Source: an uncultured Candidatus Binatia bacterium (lineage in GTDB: Bacteria > Desulfobacterota > Binatia > UBA9968 > JAJDTQ01). Taken from it: DNA of 64,000 nt. Positions 30,903-39,235 of this stretch are shown one piece after another. How positions within the stretch are numbered: the first letter of the stretch is position 1; each line of letters opens with the position of its first letter. The DNA lies in assembly GCA_965213675.1 (NCBI GenBank), contig OZ243916.1:2880001-2944000 (forward strand). Direction: 5' to 3'. The translations under genes were made by a program, and so were the position numbers. The notes beneath the pieces are model-generated. The model did not search any database and was not told the origin of the DNA. It saw nothing but the letters and a program-made list of their open reading frames with translations.

Positions 30903-31813
30903 TATCCGTCCTCCGCTTGCGGTTTCTGAACCCCCGCGAAGCCACTCCGGTCCGCCAGCGTTGCGGGTGTCAACACTCCGACGTGACGCTGACCCTTGAT
31001 GACCCACGTGGGATAGGAACGCACACCCGCCGCCAGGCACTTGGTTGCCGTGGGCCCGCTACGTCCGGCAGGACTGCACTCGATGTAGGGAATGCGCTTG
31101 GCGGAAACGCCGAACAAGGCTTTTTGACTCTCGCAGGCGGGGCACCAGAAGGCCCCGTACATCCTGGCGCCGACCTCCTCCAGGTGGACGGCCAGGCCTC
31201 GCAGCCAAGGGTCTTCGTTCGCCGAAGCGTTCACCGTGACGCCCGAATAGAAGACGAGATGCACCGCCAGCACCGCCACCGCGGCGGCGCCGAAGCTCGC
31301 GCCGAGCCAGGGTTTCCAGGGAACGCGGTGGCTGACCTGCGAAACCTGCGCCAGCGTCACGACGAAGATGGCGGCCAGGAGCGCCAGGGAAGTGAGGCAG
31401 TACGGACAGGCGGCCTCCAGCACGAACAGGGAGACGTAGGTCAGGTACAGGCTGTAGGCGACGCCGAAAAGCGAAACCGCGGCCAACGCCTTCCAACGCC
31501 GGCTGCGCCGCTTGATGAGCGCCGCGCCCGCCAGCACCGCGTACGTGAGAAACCCCCAAAGCGAGGTGGGCAGGCCCAACAGTTCCGACCAGCGGCTGTG
31601 GAGCACGACGTCACAGTCGGCCCCGGCCTCGCAGAAGGCGGCCTCCCCGCCCGACCACGCGGTGCCGGTCAGATAACCCGCCAGCACGAGCCCCACCGCG
31701 GCCAGTCCCAGCACCGGCCAGTTGGGCGTCGGCGGCGCAGGCGGCCTGGACCCCGCCGGGGCCTGCTGCGGCCGCGCGCCCCGCGCCCCTGTTTTCCTGG
31801 ATGCCTTGGCCAC
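30902..31813 (-). CDS. VKOR-thioredoxin-like fusion protein
   Basis: C..G.DCDVVLHSRWS, CPYC in TM region, MYGAFWCPAC and YIEC...C...SYPTW Trx domain; TAA overlaps next ATG. Confidence 0.92.
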   Translation of the reverse strand: MAKASRKTGARGARPQQAPAGSRPPAPPTPNWPVLGLAAVGLVLAGYLTGTAWSGGEAAFCEAGADCDVVLHSRWSELLGLPTSLWGFLTYAVLAGAALIKRRSRRWKALAAVSLFGVAYSLYLTYVSLFVLEAACPYCLTSLALLAAIFVVTLAQVSQVSHRVPWKPWLGASFGAAAVAVLAVHLVFYSGVTVNASANEDPWLRGLAVHLEEVGARMYGAFWCPACESQKALFGVSAKRIPYIECSPAGRSGPTATKCLAAGVRSYPTWVIKGQRHVGVLTPATLADRSGFAGVQKPQAEDG

Positions 31814-31972
31814 TGGTTCCTCCCTTGGGTCGGTCGGCGGCTGATGCCCGCCCGACGGATCGAGCCCATGTGAAACTTACCAATGCCGTGACGACAAGAC
31901 AAGAATGCGACGCTTCCATACCGTGTTTTCCGGACCCCTCTCGAAACGTGCTTCCCGCCGACCCCCCGGAAC

Positions 31973-32302
31973 GTCATTCCCGCCGTCCCCTGGTTCGTCA
32001 TTCCCGCGAAAGCGGGAATCCAGGCGGGGTAAGGCGGGGAATGCACTCGTTTCGCCCCTCTCCCCACCCCTGGATTCCCGCTTTCGCGGGAATGACGAAC
32101 CGGGGGACGGAATGACGAACCGGGGGACGGAACGACGAACCGGGGGACGGAACGACGAACCGGGGGACGGAACGACGAACCGGGGGACGGAACGACGAAC
32201 CGGGGGACGGAACGACGAACCGGGGGACGGAATGACGAACCGGGGGCGGAATGACGAACCGGGGGCGGAATGACGAACCGGGGGGCGGGAATGACGAACC
32301 GG
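31973..32302. repeat. REP doublet (31997-32096) followed by about 10 tandem 19-21-bp units
   Basis: Unit CGGGGGACGGAA(T/C)GACGAAC from 32101; contains the REP end GGAATGAC. Confidence 0.92.
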
Positions 32303-32313
32303 AAGGGCCGCCT

Positions 32314-32952
32314 TTACGCCTTTCCGGCCAGCAGGCTCCGGGCGTTGTCGCGCAGGCGCCGCAACGCGTGGGGATCGTTGCTGTTGTAGTAGCCGCGGAT
32401 CTCCCCGTCGCGGTCCACCAGCACGAAGCGCGAGCTGTGGAACACCACCGGGTCCGGGGTGGCGTCGTCCACCGGGGCGGCGCTCAGGCGGAAGCCGTCC
32501 TGGACGATGCGGCGGATCTGCGCCACGTCGCCGGTGAGGAACAGCCAGCGGTCCGGGTGGGCTCCGTAGCGCTCCGCGTACGCGGACAGCAAAGCCGGGG
32601 AATCGGTCAGCGGGTCCACGGTGATGGAAACCGAGCGGACATCGCCGTAGTCTTCCAGGTCGGCTTGCAGCGCGGCCATGGAACGGCTCTGCAGCGGGCA
32701 GGTGTCCTGGCACTTGGTGTAGATGAAGTCGGCGATCCACACGCGGCCGCGCAGGTCCCCGGCGGATACGGGCCTGCCGCTGCGTTCCACCAGGGAGAAG
32801 TCCGGCGCCGGACCGTAGCGCGCCAGTTCCTCCAGGGCGGGTTGCCGGGGCATCGTCCGAGGCGTGCGGAGTTGCTGGACGACGAGCCCCGCGAGGATGA
32901 CGAACAGCACCGATCCGACGGTCACCTGGATGGCGAAGCGTCGTTGCGTCAT
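32314..32952 (-). CDS. SCO family copper chaperone
   Basis: FIYTKCQDTCP, ITVDP, WLFLTG, HSSRFVLVD; N-terminal TM; start could be 32976. Confidence 0.9.
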   Translation of the reverse strand: MTQRRFAIQVTVGSVLFVILAGLVVQQLRTPRTMPRQPALEELARYGPAPDFSLVERSGRPVSAGDLRGRVWIADFIYTKCQDTCPLQSRSMAALQADLEDYGDVRSVSITVDPLTDSPALLSAYAERYGAHPDRWLFLTGDVAQIRRIVQDGFRLSAAPVDDATPDPVVFHSSRFVLVDRDGEIRGYYNSNDPHALRRLRDNARSLLAGKA

Positions 32953-33143
32953 GGTGTAGGCCTCATCCCGCACCACGGCCGGCTGGCATGGCCGGGGGCT
33001 GCTTGCATACCTGTCTGACCCTCAGCGTCGTGCCGATCCAAAGGACCGCGGTCCTGATGCCCGCGCGCACGCGACGGCCGGCCGGACGCGGTGCGCCGCA
33101 GGACCCATGCGAAACCGCAGAGCCTGTTCCGCGGTCACGAGGG

Positions 33144-34604
33144 CTAACCGGGCGGAATCTTCTGGAGCAGCCGGCCATCTTCGTATAGCTCGTAGCCCTT
33201 GATGAGCAGTTCGTAGCCGCGCCCGGGATGATCGCTCAAGTCGAGCAGTTCCAGATCCAGCACCACCACCGTCGTCACACCCGGCTTCACGTCGAACCCG
33301 AGGCGGATCGGCTTCACGGCGTTCTTGACCTGGCCCGGCGCTCCGGTTTTCGCAAGAATGCCACGGATTTCAGCCAACTGCAGGTCGACGGCCGCGAAAC
33401 GGCGCGGCGCCAGCGCTCCCCGGTACACCGTGGCGGCGGCCTTCCCGTCCTTGTAACGGGTCAGTTCCATGCGGTCCAATCGGGGCGCCAGTTCGATCCA
33501 TCCCGGATCGGAGGAGCGCAGGCGCCCATGGGGCGCCAGCCGCAGCTTCCCCAGGCGCAAATCCACGCTGCGGAAGTCGTCGATGGCGTTGCGGTGGTCC
33601 TTGACCCGCACCTCCAGGGTCCCCCGCGCCTGCGCCTGGACCCGTGCCCGCGCGGGTGTCCCGCCGTTCTCGCCGGGGAACCTGTCCATCGGGTAGAACT
33701 GGTAGGTCACGTGGAACGCGCCGTGCTCGCCCGGCGTGTCGTAGTCCACGCGGAACACGAGCGGAAGTTCCTTCTCCTGGCCGGGTTCAAGGACCTGCCG
33801 CAGAAAGCAGAAACACTGGATGATGTCCAGGTACCTGGCGGCCGCTTCCCTGGGCGTGTCCACGTGGCGCGCCTTGGCGGTGACGGTCCGGTCCGACAGG
33901 TTGCGCGCGCGGTAGGCGGCGTGCAGGGTTTCCCCCGGCTGCGCCAGCACCATCTCCTGCACCGGCTCGAAGGCCCACGGAAGCCCTTCCTTGACCTCGG
34001 CGTGGAAGAACACCCGCACCGCGTCGCTCCAGTTGCGGAACACCGTCCAACGGCCGTCCTCCTTCAGAAGCTCCAGCGATTCTTCCCCGCTGACCACCGG
34101 CAAGCTGCCGGTGCGCGCCATTTCGGCCACCGCATCGAGGATCTGCCGGCGCTGCTCCAGCGTCAGCCGGTTCAGCTCGTCGGGGTCGAACCCGGCCAGG
34201 AGCTTGTTCAGTTCGGGAGAATTGGCGTCCGGGAGGCGGATGTCGAAACGGACCGTGGCGCTGTCGCCGCGGGTGGTGAACGTAAGGGGTCCCACCTCGA
34301 TCCGCTGCGCCAGACCGCGGGCCAGTTCCGCGGCCGCGCCGGTAAAGGAGGGGTTTTCGCGCAGGTAGTCCGCCGCGCTCTTGGCCGCCTTGTCGTGCTC
34401 CGAGACGTACCGGTAAGCCTCGGCGTAGTCCTGGGCGTACACCGCCTTGAGATAGCGCGACACCAGGTCGCGCGCTGCTTCGGCGTCCGCCTGAGCCGCG
34501 GCCGTGCCTACCCAGAGCAAGACAGCGATGGCCGCCGCGGCCAACCGGCCAACCTGGGTCCGGGGACATATCTTGTACTGATTGAAGTTCATAACCGCCT
34601 TCAC
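33144..34604 (-). CDS. Multidomain secreted protein with central CtaG/Cox11 copper-binding domain
   Basis: LPWAFEPVQ...PGET...YRARN...IQCFCF...QVLEPG...LPLVFRVD; extra N- and C-terminal domains. Confidence 0.8.
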   Translation of the reverse strand: MKAVMNFNQYKICPRTQVGRLAAAAIAVLLWVGTAAAQADAEAARDLVSRYLKAVYAQDYAEAYRYVSEHDKAAKSAADYLRENPSFTGAAAELARGLAQRIEVGPLTFTTRGDSATVRFDIRLPDANSPELNKLLAGFDPDELNRLTLEQRRQILDAVAEMARTGSLPVVSGEESLELLKEDGRWTVFRNWSDAVRVFFHAEVKEGLPWAFEPVQEMVLAQPGETLHAAYRARNLSDRTVTAKARHVDTPREAAARYLDIIQCFCFLRQVLEPGQEKELPLVFRVDYDTPGEHGAFHVTYQFYPMDRFPGENGGTPARARVQAQARGTLEVRVKDHRNAIDDFRSVDLRLGKLRLAPHGRLRSSDPGWIELAPRLDRMELTRYKDGKAAATVYRGALAPRRFAAVDLQLAEIRGILAKTGAPGQVKNAVKPIRLGFDVKPGVTTVVVLDLELLDLSDHPGRGYELLIKGYELYEDGRLLQKIPPG

Positions 34605-34714
34605 GAACCAGTCTACAATTAAAGCATGATCCGGCGCCGAGTGCTGCCCCGGGACGTCTTTCCGCGGCGGAAGTCGTGCCGAGACTACGCTGGGTTACAA
34701 GATGGCCCCGACGC

Positions 34715-34879
34715 CACGAGTCGTCATTCCCGCGGAAGCGGGAATCCAGGGGCGGTGGTGGGGCACTACAGGGGCGTTTCCCGCCTCGCCACCCCTGGAT
34801 TCCCGCTTCCGCGGGAATGACGACTCGTGCGGGCTCTGCTTCATCAGTCTTGACACGGCCTGTTTCGCGGGGATGACGT
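34715..34879. repeat. REP doublet (34723-34821) with extended inverted flanks and one outer end
   Basis: Near-identical to 21163-21324 including TTGACACGGCCTGTTTCGCGGGGATGAC. Confidence 0.9.
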
Positions 34880-34937
34880 TTCGTGGTGTCCCTGCCTCAC
34901 GAGTCGTGGCCCGGGCTCGCAGGGCCAAGCCGGGCTC

Positions 34938-35759
34938 CTACCGGCTCCCCCGCAGCCAGCGCCGCCCTCCGACCATGAAGAAGACCAGCGCGAAGGTCAG
35001 CACGATCATGGCGCCGGAGGAGATGTCGATGAAGTAGCTCAGGTACATGCCCGCCGCGGCGCAGAGCGCGCCGATGACCGGGGTGATGAGGAGCAGGGTC
35101 TGGAACCGCTGGGTCAGGTAGCGCCCGATGACGGGCGGGATCACGACCGCCGCCGAAACCAGGGTGACGCCCAGGATGCGCGTGGACGCTACCACGGTCA
35201 CCGCCAGCAACAGGAGGAAGATCAACTCGGTGCGCCCGGTGGAGATGCCGTAGACCGGCGCCACCTCCGGGTCGAAGGTGGAGAACAGGAGTTCGTGGCG
35301 GATGACGATCATGACCAACGCCACCGCGGCGGAGGTGAGGGCGATGACCCAGAGGTCGGTGGCGGTGATGCCCAGGAGGTTGCCGAACAGCGCGGCCTCG
35401 AAGTCCAGCGTGAAGCGCCGGTAGGTGGACACCACCGCCACGCCCAAGGCGAAGCTCGAGGTGGTGACCACGCCGATGGCGGCGTCCGCGCCCACCAGGC
35501 GGCGGTGGCTGATGAGGTGGATCAACACCGCGCTGACCAGCGCCCAGACGCCGGCGCCGATGAAGAAATGGACTCCGACGACGGTACTCAGCACCGCGCC
35601 GCCGAAGAGCGCATGGGCGAGCCCGTGGCCGATGTAGCTCATGCGCCGGAGCACCACGTAGACCCCGACGTAGCCGCACACCGCCCCGACGATGACCGAG
35701 GCGATCATGCCGTTGCGGAAGAACTCGTAGGCGAAGGGTTCGAGGAGCGCGTTCACCAC
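34938..35759 (-). CDS. Metal (Mn/Zn/Fe) ABC transporter permease
   Basis: GVYVVLRRMSYIGHGLAH, LFGNLLGI, TFDPE. Confidence 0.92.
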   Translation of the reverse strand: MVNALLEPFAYEFFRNGMIASVIVGAVCGYVGVYVVLRRMSYIGHGLAHALFGGAVLSTVVGVHFFIGAGVWALVSAVLIHLISHRRLVGADAAIGVVTTSSFALGVAVVSTYRRFTLDFEAALFGNLLGITATDLWVIALTSAAVALVMIVIRHELLFSTFDPEVAPVYGISTGRTELIFLLLLAVTVVASTRILGVTLVSAAVVIPPVIGRYLTQRFQTLLLITPVIGALCAAAGMYLSYFIDISSGAMIVLTFALVFFMVGGRRWLRGSR

Positions 35760-35864
35760 CCGCCCTTGCGGCCGCGGCGGAAGCCCGCCGGCGCGCGCTT
35801 GGAGAACAACGGCCGGCGCGCCGGCCGCCGGTCGAGACGCTTCAGCGAAGAACCCATGGAGGTG

Positions 35865-36737
35865 TCAGCGCCCGTTGGGAGAGTGGGGCCGCTCGCCCAC
35901 CATGATCATGTCGCCGTGCTGGAACACCACCATCTCCCCCTTGTAGGTGTCCCCGAGGACTTCCGCGGTGAAGACCTCCTGCGGGTCGCCTTCGGCGATG
36001 ACGCGGCGGTTGAGGCACACCACCCAAGGCAGGTGCGCGGCCACCCAGTTGAGGTCGTGGCTGGTGATGAGGATGGCGACGCCCGAGTGGTTGATCTCGT
36101 GCAGGAAATGCACCACCTCGTCGCGCGAGCGGATGTCCAGGCCCGAGGTGGGCTCATCCAGCAGGATCAGCTCCGGCCCGCCCAGCAGCGCCCGGGCGAT
36201 GAACGCCGCCTGCTGCTGCCCGCCGGAAAGCTCGCGAATTTGCCGCTGGCGCAGTTCCAGCAGGTTCAGTCGCTCGAGGATCTCGTGCGCGCGGTCGCGC
36301 TCCCCGGCGCTGGCGCCGCGGAACCAGCGCCGTTGCCGGGACAGGCCCAGGAGCACCACCTCCTCCACCGTGATGGGAAAGCTCAGGTCGACCTGCTCCA
36401 GTTGCGGCACATAGCCCACGGACCCCAGGGACGAGGCGTTGGCCGGCGTCCCGTTGACGGTCACCTGGCCGTGACGGGGCCGGACGTGTCCCAGTATGGT
36501 GCGCAGGAGCGTCGTCTTGCCGCCGCCGTTGGGCCCCACCACCGCCAGGAACTGCGCCGGCCACAGCTTCAGGTTCACGCCGGCGATGCCCAGCGTCTGC
36601 CGGTAGCCGCTGGACACGTCCTCCAGTTCCACGATGGGCCGCCCCCGCTCGCTCCACTCGCGCCCCTCCCCGTGCCGGCGCCGGTGCAGCCGGCCATGCA
36701 CGTGATGGACCCTGTCGGTGTGCTTTTTGGTGATCAC
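35865..36737 (-). CDS. Metal ABC transporter ATP-binding protein
   Basis: GPNGGGKTT, GYVPQ, LSGGQQQ, LDEPTSGLD, SHDL; start uncertain (GTG 36737 or ATG 36791). Confidence 0.88.
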   Translation of the reverse strand: MITKKHTDRVHHVHGRLHRRRHGEGREWSERGRPIVELEDVSSGYRQTLGIAGVNLKLWPAQFLAVVGPNGGGKTTLLRTILGHVRPRHGQVTVNGTPANASSLGSVGYVPQLEQVDLSFPITVEEVVLLGLSRQRRWFRGASAGERDRAHEILERLNLLELRQRQIRELSGGQQQAAFIARALLGGPELILLDEPTSGLDIRSRDEVVHFLHEINHSGVAILITSHDLNWVAAHLPWVVCLNRRVIAEGDPQEVFTAEVLGDTYKGEMVVFQHGDMIMVGERPHSPNGR

Positions 36738-36825
36738 TGCTTCTCGGCCTGTCCAAGGCTTCGGGAGTTTGCTTCCTGCGGGCGCCGACATTCCACCGCC
36801 GTTCGATCCCAGCGTTCCGCCGTCA

Positions 36826-36857
36826 TTCGTCCTGAGCGTAGCGCAGCGAAGTCGAGG
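36826..36857. repeat. Palindromic repeat family C unit
   Basis: TTCGTCCTGAGCGTAGCGCAGCGAAGTCGAGG; inverse-related to 51230-51276. Confidence 0.7.
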
Positions 36858-36880
36858 CACGCAATTTCCGGAAACACCCC

Positions 36881-37912
36881 TCAAATCCTGTACAGCCGCT
36901 TGGGATTTTCCGACAAGATCCTGCGCTTCGATTCCGCCGAGACGTCCTCGCGGGCGAAAAAGGCGGGCAGGTCGCCGAAGAAGTCGGCGCGCCGGCGCTC
37001 GTGAGGGTAGTCCGACGGCCACACCAGCTTCTCGTCGCCCAGGAGCTGGATGAAGAAGGGCAGGGTCCGCTCCTCGATTTCGAAGGAGAAGTAGATGTTG
37101 GAGTCCATCAGATACTCGCTGGGTTTGCGCTTGAGGTCGCCGGCCCCCTTGCGCTCGAATTGCTCGTCGAGCACGTCCATGAGGTAGGGCACCCAGCCGC
37201 AGCCGGCCTCCAGGTACGCCACCCGCAGGTTCGGGTAGCGGTCGAACACGCCCTGGGAGATCATGCTGGTGGCGTGGCTCATGAGCGGCACCACGTGCTT
37301 GAGGGAGCGGACTTCCCGGTAGGTGCGCAGCGGATCGGCGAAGTTGTGCGCGCCCACGAAGCCGCCGTGGATCGCCACCATGGTGTCCATCTCGTTGGCG
37401 GTGGCGAAGATGGGGTCGAACTCGGGGTTGCCGTAGGCCATCAGCGGCGACGAGATGGACGGCAGGATGGCGCCCACGAAGCCCAACTCGCCGACGCAAC
37501 GGTGCAGTTCGGTGACGCAGGCGCCGACGTCGTGCACCGGCAGCAACGCGACCCCCAGCAGGCGCTCGCTCTGGCGCAGGAACTTGTCGTGCAGCCAGTC
37601 GTTGTACGCCCGCGCCAGGTCCACCGACCACTCCACCCGGCGCACCATGCCCACGGCCGCGGCGTTGCTGGGGTAGAGCACGGTGGCGCTGATGCCGGCC
37701 TCGTCCAGAAAGCTCAGCCACATGGCCGCGTCCGGCACGTCCTGCTTGTGCGGGTCCACCACCCCGAAAGCCCAGGCATCCTGGGGGAACAGCGAGTACT
37801 CGCGGTTCCCCGGAATGCGCCGGAACCGCTCCGGCAGGTACTGGGCCATCTCCTTGTCCGGCTCCACCACATGGCCGTCGCCGTCGATAATCGGGTAGTC
37901 CACGTTGATCAT
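36881..37912 (-). CDS. Amidohydrolase family 2 protein
   Basis: IIDGDGHVVEP, ARAYNDWL, AIHGG, GVFDRYPNLRVAYLEAGCGW, WPSDYPH. Confidence 0.92.
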   Translation of the reverse strand: MINVDYPIIDGDGHVVEPDKEMAQYLPERFRRIPGNREYSLFPQDAWAFGVVDPHKQDVPDAAMWLSFLDEAGISATVLYPSNAAAVGMVRRVEWSVDLARAYNDWLHDKFLRQSERLLGVALLPVHDVGACVTELHRCVGELGFVGAILPSISSPLMAYGNPEFDPIFATANEMDTMVAIHGGFVGAHNFADPLRTYREVRSLKHVVPLMSHATSMISQGVFDRYPNLRVAYLEAGCGWVPYLMDVLDEQFERKGAGDLKRKPSEYLMDSNIYFSFEIEERTLPFFIQLLGDEKLVWPSDYPHERRRADFFGDLPAFFAREDVSAESKRRILSENPKRLYRI

Positions 37913-37959
37913 GGGGTGTCTTCCTTTCCGGTTCGGAACGCTCTGGAGGCCGTCTCTCT

Positions 37960-39234
37960 CTACCGGTATTTCGCCTGATGCCCCGCCACCGGCGACGGGT
38001 CCACCGCGTCGAGGGCGCCGGCGGAGCCGCCCAGGGCGGTGACGATGGCGCGGACGTTGGCCAGCATCATGCCGGTGTACGAATGTGCCGGGTCGCCGGG
38101 GTCGCCGGGGAGGTCGTCGTCCCGCAGGTCGGCGACAAATTGCGTCCCCGTTTCCCGGGCGATCTGCCGGAGCACGGGGCTGGGGAAGACCTCGGAGCCG
38201 AACACCGCGGGTACCCGCTCGCGGTTCAAATGGTCGATGAGCCGGGCCACCTCCCGGGGGCTTGGCTCGGCGAAGCTCGAGGGTTGCACCGCGCCCATGA
38301 CCGTGAAGCCGTAGCGCTGGGCGAAGTAGGGCCACGAATCGTGGTAGGTGAGGAGGCGGCGGTTTGGCTCCGGCACGGTGGCCGCGGCCGCGGCGATGGC
38401 CTTGTGGAGCGCATGGAGCCGGCGCAGGTAGCGTTCCGCGTTGGCCGCGTACACCGCGCGGCCCGCGGGGTCGGCCGCAATCAGGGCGTCGCGCACCAGG
38501 CGGGCGTAGTTCATGACGTGCACCGGGTCGAGCCACAGGTGCGGGTTGGGATGGCCCTTGTCCCTGGGGAAGCTGAAGTCGAAAACGTAGTCCTGTTCGG
38601 CCAGGGTGCGGTCGGCCAGCATCAGGATGGGCGTTTCCGCCCGCTTGTTGGCCCGCGCCAGCTTCAGCGTGGGTATCTCCAGGTTCAAGCCGTTCAGGAT
38701 GATGAGGTCCGCTCGCGCCAGGGTGCGGGCGTCGGACGGCACCGGCCGGAACGTGTGGGAGTTCACCCCCTCCGGGACGACGCCGGTGACCTGCGCACGA
38801 TCCCCGGCGACGTTCTCCACGATGCTGGTGATGGGCGCCACGGTGGTGACCACGCGCGGGGAGGCGGCGGAGAGCGCGGCGGGAAGCGCCAGGAGAACGG
38901 CGATGAGCAGCGCGGGGAACGCGCCTCTCCTCGCCATTCCCGGCCCCACTGCCATCATTCCCGCGAAAGCGGCTGTGGCAAAACGTGGCCCGGACGAGAA
39001 CCGGCGCCAGCCCCCCGATTCGTCATTCCCGCGGAAGCCCCTCCTTCTTGTTGTTTCCAGCCCCTTTTCCGTCATTCCCGCGAAAGCGGGAATCCAGGGG
39101 TGGGAAGGCGGGGGGCCGTTGCCGAGTCGTCCCCGCCCCACGCCGCCTGGATTCCCGCTTTCGCGGGAATGACGGAAAAGGGGCCGGGAATGGCGAAGGA
39201 ACGCCATGATGGAGTGAATCAGAGACACAATCAA
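37960..39234 (-). CDS. Metal ABC transporter substrate-binding protein (MntC/ZnuA family); start TTG 39234 or ATG 38937
   Basis: NSHTF, NGLNLE, PHLWLDP, YHDSW, DDD ligand motifs. Confidence 0.88.
   Translation of the reverse strand: MIVSLIHSIMAFLRHSRPLFRHSRESGNPGGVGRGRLGNGPPPSHPWIPAFAGMTEKGLETTRRRGFRGNDESGGWRRFSSGPRFATAAFAGMMAVGPGMARRGAFPALLIAVLLALPAALSAASPRVVTTVAPITSIVENVAGDRAQVTGVVPEGVNSHTFRPVPSDARTLARADLIILNGLNLEIPTLKLARANKRAETPILMLADRTLAEQDYVFDFSFPRDKGHPNPHLWLDPVHVMNYARLVRDALIAADPAGRAVYAANAERYLRRLHALHKAIAAAAATVPEPNRRLLTYHDSWPYFAQRYGFTVMGAVQPSSFAEPSPREVARLIDHLNRERVPAVFGSEVFPSPVLRQIARETGTQFVADLRDDDLPGDPGDPAHSYTGMMLANVRAIVTALGGSAGALDAVDPSPVAGHQAKYR
38930..39198. repeat. Family A composite repeat inside the 5' end of the SBP reading frame
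   Basis: Bounded by TCGCCATTCCCGGCCCC / GGGGCCGGGAATGGCGA; internal REP doublet 39071-39173. Confidence 0.88.
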
Positions 39235-39235
39235 C

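Noticed and set aside
32089-32302. CRISPR or iteron array
   Set aside because: Head-to-tail 20-mers without spacers, derived from a REP end; no rep gene
35865-37721. 618-aa ORF suggesting an amidohydrolase-overlapping ABC fusion
   Set aside because: Only the last ~290 codons are the ATPase; the rest is an off-frame read of the amidohydrolase and a repeat
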